Shown here in pieces: positions 57,801 to 64,000 of a stretch of 64,000 bases of DNA (position 1 is its first letter; every line of letters starts with the position of its first letter). Made by a program: the position numbers and the translations under genes. The notes under the pieces were generated by a model, which saw only the letters and a list, made by a program, of their open reading frames with translations, searched no databases and was not told the DNA's origin. Source of the stretch: a virus; IMG/VR virus record IMGVR_UViG_3300043395_003072, positions 32,001-96,000 of that record, one strand, 5' to 3'.

Positions 57801-60629
57801 TATTTTAGATTCAAAGGTTTGAAATAGTTTTCCAGTCTTTACTCTACCAAAATGTTTGAGTTGAGGACTTAAGAGTAATGTTCCTAGAAGTTGATGCGTA
57901 GAATAAAACTTATTATTAATTTCGGCTTTGCTTGAAGTTCCATACTTTAACGATTCAAGCTCAATTCCATAACTTTGAACTACAATATTGCACAGCATAT
58001 TATCACCGGAATAAGATATTTCTGTAACAACTCCAGAAATTAAAACATCTAAATCGTTAGTATTACTGGCATATCCTGCTCTTAGTTGAACATTTACTCC
58101 CTTCCTTAAAACTACGCTTTCAATAGTAGGTAACACTTCTTCTGCATTTTGATTTACATTTCCAATATCAATGTCTCTAAGCATCCCCTTCCTTGTACCA
58201 TCTAATAGTCCAGATATATTTTGTAATTGTATACTTGCTGTACTTGTCGCTAACTCTCTATCACTATGCACATTGAATGAGATAACTGAGTTGTAATAAA
58301 AAAAGTCATCAAATGCTAAAAGTCTATCACTGTAAATTGCATCTTCTTCTACTAAATAGAGTCTAAAAGTAGGAAATGCTTTTTTCATTCCTTCTGATTC
58401 TTTTAAAGACAGGAAAGAATCTTCGCACAAATCAAAGAATTTTTCATCATTTACAGCTGATGATTCTTCTTCAAAGTAAGATAACGCCTCTTGATTTTCA
58501 TAAGCAAACTTACTTCCAAAGTTGCTTCTTAATTTTATTAAAGCTTCTTTTTGATTTTTAATTTGAGTTTCATAGTGAGCCTTTAGCTCACTTATATAAT
58601 TCTCAACTTCATTTTCTGGTACTGAATTTAAAGTCTTATTATCTACCAATAATGATAGTTTTGCATTGTTTCCATCTGTTGAATTAGGATCGTTATTGTC
58701 AATTTTTATTTCTGCATCTCTATTATCATATGATAAGTTTCCAAAATTAAACAAAATACCAGAATCAAAAATAGATACTGCTTTTTCTTCTGATTTAGAA
58801 ATCACTCCTTTATCTTTTATATTTTTTATAAAATCTAAAGATTTCGTTAAGATTTTATTTCCTCTAGATCTTTCATTTTCATTCATCTCGGAAAGATAGT
58901 TGTTTATTTTAAAGTAGTAAAAATCTATTGGAAGTCTATTTGCACTGTCTTTGAAGCGTGCAATTACTGGATCTTTAGGAGTTATAATATCAGGGTAAGC
59001 ACTGTCTTCTAATAAACTAAAGACATCTTGTTCTCCAAGCATCCTTGCTAATGCTGGATCTGTTTCTGCAATAGTATCAAAATTATTAACGGCTACTTCT
59101 TCTAAAAGACTGTCTAGTAGCGTCTTTAAATAAGCAATTGTTTTTCTATTTTGCTCTTTTAGTCTTTCTTTATTTTTACTAAAATATCCTTGTTGTAGAG
59201 CTGTAGATGCTTCATATCTATTGTTTTCTAGTTGATAGTCAAAAAGGTATCTTCCTGTACCGACTTTTTCTCCTGACTGATAATAACCTTCTTCGCCAAG
59301 TGAAGCATATATATCATTAGAAGTTACCGTTCCATTTACATTTATACTAAATACATCTACAGCATCTTCTTCATCTGCACCAAATTCGCTTAAACTTGGA
59401 AAATTTAAAATAAAGTTCAAGAAGCTAGAAATCTCAGCTCCAATAACTTCATTAGAAAATATATTTAAAGTTTTTTTATCTGCTTCTCTTTCTGATTGGG
59501 TATTTTTACTTCTTAGTAGTTCACTTACTCTTGCTCCCACCTTTATATCTGAAGCTAAACTTTCTAAAAGTTTAAAAGAACTACTTTGCATATAAACTTC
59601 TTCTACAAAATATTCTATCGCTTTATCTATTTCATCTGAAGTTCCTACTGATTCAAAGTAATTTTCATAATTAAAATCTTTATTAGTATTATATCTTAAT
59701 ATATCTTTGAAATAATTAGCATCCATCCCTTCTAAAGACAAGCCTACCCCGCCTCGCATTATTCTTTCCAAATTTCTATTACTACTTCTATCTTCAGTTA
59801 AATCAAACAAAAATCCATCAAAATTTGTTCCAGCAACTCCAAACGCTAAAATACCTAAAGCTATCCAGCCAATCGGATTTGTTGCTGCAAAAGTTATGGC
59901 TGCTACAGCTCCAGCTGTTAAAATATAACTTCCTAAAGCAACTTCTGTCGCAGTCGTAATGTATCTAAATATTAATGATTCATCTTTATATATTAAAGCG
60001 GTCAAATAGTTATAAAACGATGGCACTATTTTAAATTCATTACCAAAAGTTTTTTTAATAAAATCTAGTTCTGCATTTACTTCATTTTGATTTTCACAAT
60101 AAACCTTTGGTTCAATAATTAATATTGATGCTAAAAAAGCAAAATCTTCAATAGCTTTAATACTAATGTTGGTAGCTGCTTTTACAAAATTTTGTTCAAT
60201 CACTTCTATCTTTGGTACTAAGATACTATAAGAACTTTCTCCACCTAATGCATTACTCCCAATAGTTGAAACTTTATACTGCCTTCCAAGCTCTAGTCTT
60301 ATTGCTTCTATTTTTTCTGCGCTGTCGTAAGTAAAAGCATTCATGCTAGTTTGCATCATTACAAATTCAAACTCATCATTAACTTCAGTATATTGCTTAG
60401 ATACGTTACGTTGCTGCTCTTCAGTTAAATCTTTAAATTTAACAGTTTTAAATGATAAGTTATTATCTTTTATTTTTCTTACATTTTCTTCACTAAAAAA
60501 ATTATTAGGAGAAAAATTAACTTTTGAACTATTGCTTATTTCTCCGTCTCTAGTCTCGTTTGCATCATTTTCATCTAGTTCAAAATCTGCCATTATGATC
60601 TCCTCTTGAAATAACCTTGTTGACTCCAA
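54879..60629 (-). CDS. Very large baseplate hub-like protein with membrane-like segments (likely start ATG 60593)
   Basis: TASIQLQN, GVNVQLRAGY...ISGVVTEI, TFWEVL, GSLLVLGNSKI..D.I...VKAVTH.F...GFVTDI resemble gp27/gpD hub motifs; several hydrophobic Gly/Ala helices. Confidence 0.6.
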   Translation of the reverse strand: MESTRLFQEEIIMADFELDENDANETRDGEISNSSKVNFSPNNFFSEENVRKIKDNNLSFKTVKFKDLTEEQQRNVSKQYTEVNDEFEFVMMQTSMNAFTYDSAEKIEAIRLELGRQYKVSTIGSNALGGESSYSILVPKIEVIEQNFVKAATNISIKAIEDFAFLASILIIEPKVYCENQNEVNAELDFIKKTFGNEFKIVPSFYNYLTALIYKDESLIFRYITTATEVALGSYILTAGAVAAITFAATNPIGWIALGILAFGVAGTNFDGFLFDLTEDRSSNRNLERIMRGGVGLSLEGMDANYFKDILRYNTNKDFNYENYFESVGTSDEIDKAIEYFVEEVYMQSSSFKLLESLASDIKVGARVSELLRSKNTQSEREADKKTLNIFSNEVIGAEISSFLNFILNFPSLSEFGADEEDAVDVFSINVNGTVTSNDIYASLGEEGYYQSGEKVGTGRYLFDYQLENNRYEASTALQQGYFSKNKERLKEQNRKTIAYLKTLLDSLLEEVAVNNFDTIAETDPALARMLGEQDVFSLLEDSAYPDIITPKDPVIARFKDSANRLPIDFYYFKINNYLSEMNENERSRGNKILTKSLDFIKNIKDKGVISKSEEKAVSIFDSGILFNFGNLSYDNRDAEIKIDNNDPNSTDGNNAKLSLLVDNKTLNSVPENEVENYISELKAHYETQIKNQKEALIKLRSNFGSKFAYENQEALSYFEEESSAVNDEKFFDLCEDSFLSLKESEGMKKAFPTFRLYLVEEDAIYSDRLLAFDDFFYYNSVISFNVHSDRELATSTASIQLQNISGLLDGTRKGMLRDIDIGNVNQNAEEVLPTIESVVLRKGVNVQLRAGYASNTNDLDVLISGVVTEISYSGDNMLCNIVVQSYGIELESLKYGTSSKAEINNKFYSTHQLLGTLLLSPQLKHFGRVKTGKLFQTFESKIPSIDMETYTRSGGWSFNWFNSWNDWIVDNSGLILIGGVILSIGARPLKILKDALGKTAIIGKVGSGINAVSSKLTSLGGATKIFGPIVGNVGSVTSKAFNMTIKPLWQRMNNWGGTRLVQSEIDDLVKLADDLAKSGLTTVTGSVGSTLTINGISLSANLTKKVADVIARSGRRVSALTEPQINSVVQTVIREELGFLTATFGWGGSRAFAALGADVVTASATSLTRLQRFSNFINSWFWPAARFAGKNVLISTAIGIPLLATDTLVNLYNSLLSFFNESQRPYTRKILISPQDDNLWCPRPESYLKRNNENNSGLITAFKKYYYSQSNLVSNSFMGIPGMFIDLQGDSSSSLINDAIRKSRGFIDERLDTSRFENEYVVTSQTFWEVLHEMSLRHPGYVYGVRPYGKTMEYRVFFGLPGQRYFRNDMSNYNIYRLNNIYKKISKLNQNELLSEEDINLLFPIESFNWTILNKKNNILSKFIDKRKYFTDFALKDWLKKTKDRFVPFRQYHLVNSGTNLIANNIIVSGHNVNNSITVHYSLMSNSNDVSEVDGTSVWKAVANSNIPPESLRDHVLKTDNIKGISNASRYATAGLLYGAKKMYEGSLLVLGNSKINTNDAIILNDNVNVMYGPVGVKAVTHMFSHQTGFVTDIEVEAIVAPVSDTLTYPMLHQTVFFESRKELYESFYSRAAFNYVNEGNEKIAEIVSEKIDDFFDSLLEGEDLQGIDFFQRGNVLDKEVLNKVKAQLTKEFIQYFENKNGYQPFFQQDMIGENARLPVELESPIRKTLGVGAATTAGITGLEAAIYQIFKTNGINYMGATRLTGRIPFLVGATLTGLLSAGALMPSSIRNFLSESLQSGWLGKNIFRPTIFSKVDNNNIIKVFPLVKDGRPLLAGGFENHSEAERFNNVLGNIYSALSDGYKGYNENKHLIESYGKSSVFADIPDWIIEDSVQASEVDLSVINYKLNPERVGR

Positions 60630-63600
60630 ACAAAATCTTTAACTTCATCAAAGTATTTATGCTTTTCCATAGCTTCTTTCAATGTATACATTTTTAACAT
60701 TTCATTCAATGCTGTAGTTTCGTTTACCACAAGACCATCATGTATCTCATAGTGCCACCATTCAGTTCCCTTAAAATTACCTTTAGTTAAATAATCATCA
60801 ATTGGTGGAATTCGTACAAAACCTTGATCTTCTAGAATCTTTGTAAGATTAAAAGCTTCTCCTGTCCACTGATATGTACTTTGGTTTTGAAGAGTCTTTA
60901 CTAGACTTACAGTAAAAGTTTGATTTGTTATTAATCCTGTTTCATTTAGTGCCGCATTATATACTGCTTGATCAAAATCAGGTCTAGTTTTAACTATTGG
61001 ACACCATACCGTATAAAGAGATTTTTCATTATTTGGATTGTCTCTTATTACTAAATACACTGTGTCTTCATTTTCATTTATGTTTCCATAAAGACCGCTA
61101 TAAGCTCCAAGATCAATAGCTCTTCCAATATTGTGCATCCCTAATCTGGGCTTATCTATTGTTGATAAGTCTCTTCTTCCTCCACCAGAAGTTAATACTC
61201 CACCAAGCGCTATTATCTTATTATAAGCATTCATATATTTATCTTCAAATTCACTGCTAATACTATTCCGATTATAAGAAACTCCACCATTTTTAATCCC
61301 GAATGCTGGTACTTGCGACCAAGTGAATATTTTTTCTGGTCTAGTACTAGGTATATTTGTTTTTGAATTGTTTATAGCCTCTAAAACTTTTGCTCTTATT
61401 TCATTTTTAATTTGTTCTATTCTTGTTTTCCAGAAATGCCCAACGCTATCTTCTATAAACCTATCGTCTCCACTTTTTCCAACCCATCTTCTTCTTCCAT
61501 ATTTAAACTCTTCAAAAGAGTAAGTCCCTAAAATGCTTTTAGTACCAGCGCTATGATCTTTATTTAGCTTCGCGTTAAGATCTATATGAACAAATCCGTT
61601 ACTACCGGAACCATCCATTACCCTGTTTTCGTTATAGCTATTCTCTCCATATATTCCTAAACCAAATAAACCTAATCCACTATTAAGCAACATTTTAGGA
61701 TTTTTAAGATAGTTTTCTTCCATTAAAATTTCTATAATTCCACAAAGCTCCATAGCGTTTAAGCCATTTACTCTAATGTCTGCCGCTGAGCCATGATAAT
61801 GATTTGAAACAGTATCTCTAATTCCTGTATCTGAACTATCAAAAGTAGAACCTAAAGTTATCTTTAATGGTTTATTAATAAAATTATAATATGGACTATA
61901 ATTATTTAATAAATCTTGAAGAACATCTAAGCAAAGGCAAAGTTGGTATGCGTTGAAGTCTTGATTTAAATCGCTTTCTTCTTCAGTATTAATATAATTT
62001 ACAAGATTAGTTTTAATTTTTGTATTTTTAGAATACCAAAGCTGGCTATTGTAGTATTTTGTTTTCCAATTCAAGAACACATAGCCCTTACTGCCATTAT
62101 TTAAAGCTTCTACGGCTACAGGTTTGCCTTGATTGTCTTTTACGGTTGCTTCGGGATTATTAATCTTAATAATGTTATTTGATTTTAAATTCGAAAGTAT
62201 CTTTCTTTGAAAATCAGACCCAATCTTATTTGAAGCTACTGGTCTTAAATTTTCTTCTCTATAAGATTTACTTTCTCCAAACCTAAAATTTAAACCTGTA
62301 GTATTCGGAGAGCCTTCAATAGTGAAGGTATCTAATGAAGAAATACTAAAGTTTGGTTGAAAAATTCCTATAGTCTCCCCTTCTGCTTCAACAAGAAGTT
62401 TATTTGATTCTTTATAAGAACCAAGAAGTCTTGTAATGAAGCACTCTACCATAAAATTCCCAGCATCAGGTATCGCTGAAAAATTCTTTGCATAGTATTG
62501 AGAGTTAGCTCTTCCTTGTTCAAGAAAGCTTATAATATTTAAATCTACTGCAATATTATCTTTTGCTATGATATTGATCTGAAATTCAGGCTCAATAGAT
62601 CCTAAAAACTGATGTGTTGGGTATTCTTGTCCAAGGATTGGGATAGAACTAATTATATTTCTTAAACTACCTGATACTGCTGTTATTGCATGCCTAGTCG
62701 TTTTTAGATCTTCTTCTGCAATTCCGTATTGCAACATCTCCTCATTTAATATCTCCCTACCAATAATTGCTTCTAAATCTTCTTTACTAAAATCTAAATT
62801 CACTTCACTTATAACTTTTTCTAAAACATTTTCTAGACCTTCAACCCCACTGTATATACTAAAGTTATCATCTATATATTTTTTTAATTCTTTAAAATCA
62901 TTTGCATAAGTTGTTTTTGTTTTCTCTATTCTTGAACTCGAAGTATTAACACCTCGTATATAATAATCTACAATTTCTTTTGATGTAGTGATTGAGCTTT
63001 CTTCTTGATCAATGAAGCCAATTAAAGTTCCTTTTTTTATATTTGCTCTTGCCCATCCATTTTTAACACGCTCAAAAGCACGCAAGTTAAATACTCTATC
63101 CAAGATATTCATTGGGCAGTACATACCTTCAACTTTAAACTCAACATCATTCTTAAACTTTGCTACAAAAAGATTTTCGTCCCAAACTAAAATCTTACCA
63201 TCTTCAGGACAAAATAAAGGAAATATTGCATATCTATCTGAACCTAATTTTCTTTTATTACCAACTATCAAGTTGGTATCACTTGCACGCTTATAGTAAG
63301 GAGTATCTGTTATTGGGTAATAGGTATATTTATTTGCTTCTGTTTCTGGAATAATTGGTATTTCAAAATTTCGCTCATTAGGTTTTAAACTTTCAAAAAC
63401 AACTTCTTTTGAACTGAACATCTCTGGTTTAATTTCTCCAGAAATGCCTTTTAACAAAATCTCAAAATTCTCTTTTCTTTTTGCTTGTTTCTTTTCTAAA
63501 ATATCTTCTGGGCTCACTCCTTCATCGATAATACTTCTTAGGTATTTATAAAATTCTGGAGTGTATTTTAACAACGCAAAACTTCTAAAATAAAAAACAG

Positions 63601-64000
63601 TAGTAGAAGATTTAAATAACATCTTCTCAATCAATTCATTCCTGAACTTTAATAAAGCATTATCTCTTACTGAATGGAAACCTTCAGTGCCTTGCTCGAA
63701 TTTACTCTTTACTAAAGAGTATTCATTTAAATTTTTAATTACAATCCCAAAATTTTCTTCTAAAGAAACTGATTGCAAATAATTAGAATATCTTACGTAG
63801 GCTTTAGAATCTTTGGGTTCTGTTACTGCAAACGAAACTATCGGATTTAAAGCACCAGCCTCTGATTTTAGAGAATTCTCTATTTCTCTAATAGACAAGT
63901 TCCCTGACTCTTCTTGTTTTGTGATAGAAATTATATTTTCTTCACCTTCGATACAGCTAAAGCTAACTCTTTGCTTTTGATCATTTTTTACTAAATCGTA
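60593..64000 (-). CDS. Large virion-associated protein with two M15-family Zn peptidoglycan peptidase domains (5' end beyond window)
   Basis: SNHYHGSAADI...FVHID and GMHNIGRAIDL...EWWHYE; I read the frame as open from 63898 to 64000, so the TTG at 63898 is probably internal. Confidence 0.8.
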   Translation of the reverse strand, partial: YDLVKNDQKQRVSFSCIEGEENIISITKQEESGNLSIREIENSLKSEAGALNPIVSFAVTEPKDSKAYVRYSNYLQSVSLEENFGIVIKNLNEYSLVKSKFEQGTEGFHSVRDNALLKFRNELIEKMLFKSSTTVFYFRSFALLKYTPEFYKYLRSIIDEGVSPEDILEKKQAKRKENFEILLKGISGEIKPEMFSSKEVVFESLKPNERNFEIPIIPETEANKYTYYPITDTPYYKRASDTNLIVGNKRKLGSDRYAIFPLFCPEDGKILVWDENLFVAKFKNDVEFKVEGMYCPMNILDRVFNLRAFERVKNGWARANIKKGTLIGFIDQEESSITTSKEIVDYYIRGVNTSSSRIEKTKTTYANDFKELKKYIDDNFSIYSGVEGLENVLEKVISEVNLDFSKEDLEAIIGREILNEEMLQYGIAEEDLKTTRHAITAVSGSLRNIISSIPILGQEYPTHQFLGSIEPEFQINIIAKDNIAVDLNIISFLEQGRANSQYYAKNFSAIPDAGNFMVECFITRLLGSYKESNKLLVEAEGETIGIFQPNFSISSLDTFTIEGSPNTTGLNFRFGESKSYREENLRPVASNKIGSDFQRKILSNLKSNNIIKINNPEATVKDNQGKPVAVEALNNGSKGYVFLNWKTKYYNSQLWYSKNTKIKTNLVNYINTEEESDLNQDFNAYQLCLCLDVLQDLLNNYSPYYNFINKPLKITLGSTFDSSDTGIRDTVSNHYHGSAADIRVNGLNAMELCGIIEILMEENYLKNPKMLLNSGLGLFGLGIYGENSYNENRVMDGSGSNGFVHIDLNAKLNKDHSAGTKSILGTYSFEEFKYGRRRWVGKSGDDRFIEDSVGHFWKTRIEQIKNEIRAKVLEAINNSKTNIPSTRPEKIFTWSQVPAFGIKNGGVSYNRNSISSEFEDKYMNAYNKIIALGGVLTSGGGRRDLSTIDKPRLGMHNIGRAIDLGAYSGLYGNINENEDTVYLVIRDNPNNEKSLYTVWCPIVKTRPDFDQAVYNAALNETGLITNQTFTVSLVKTLQNQSTYQWTGEAFNLTKILEDQGFVRIPPIDDYLTKGNFKGTEWWHYEIHDGLVVNETTALNEMLKMYTLKEAMEKHKYFDEVKDFVWSQQGYFKRRS

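Noticed and set aside
39254-63354. Short + strand ORFs inside the - arm (e.g. 39254-39529, 53686-53958, 57493-57780, 63012-63296)
   Set aside because: Hydrophobic F/L/S/I-rich antisense shadows of E/K/N-rich genes.
63896-63898. TTG as the start of the 1101-aa ORF
   Set aside because: The frame stays open to the window edge, so the gene probably begins beyond 64,000.

Overview
AT-rich, very gene-dense segment of a large (probably jumbo, myovirus-like) bacteriophage genome with two convergent arms meeting at about 32,220. The + arm (1-32,221) is a replication and nucleotide-metabolism region: nrdA end, nrdB, MazG-like, dCMP deaminase, recA, a fragmented DnaE, metallophosphoesterase, Cas4-like nucleases, IMPDH/GMP reductase, primase-helicase, ClpP-like and Holliday-junction resolvases. 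The - arm (32,218-64,000) is a tail/baseplate module (baseplate J-like, wedge-like, hub-like, and a virion protein with two M15 peptidase domains). The main discovery is a DNA polymerase III alpha (DnaE) encoded in THREE genes. (1) 5083-6405 carries PHP plus the first palm segment. (2) 6657-8252 carries the catalytic core and ends in the N-half of a cyanobacterial-type (Npu/Ssp-like) DnaE split intein. (3) 19776-21038 carries the intein C-half plus the DnaE C-terminus. The two intein halves are separated not by a homing endonuclease but by an 11.5 kb, nine-gene, tightly coupled tail-fibre/adhesin cassette. The first break has no intein and looks like a duplication-degeneration of the palm segment with a small ORF inserted. 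I recognised no tRNA, rRNA, CRISPR array, integrase or transposase. All calls come from reading motifs by eye; no database search was run, and novelty is unverified.
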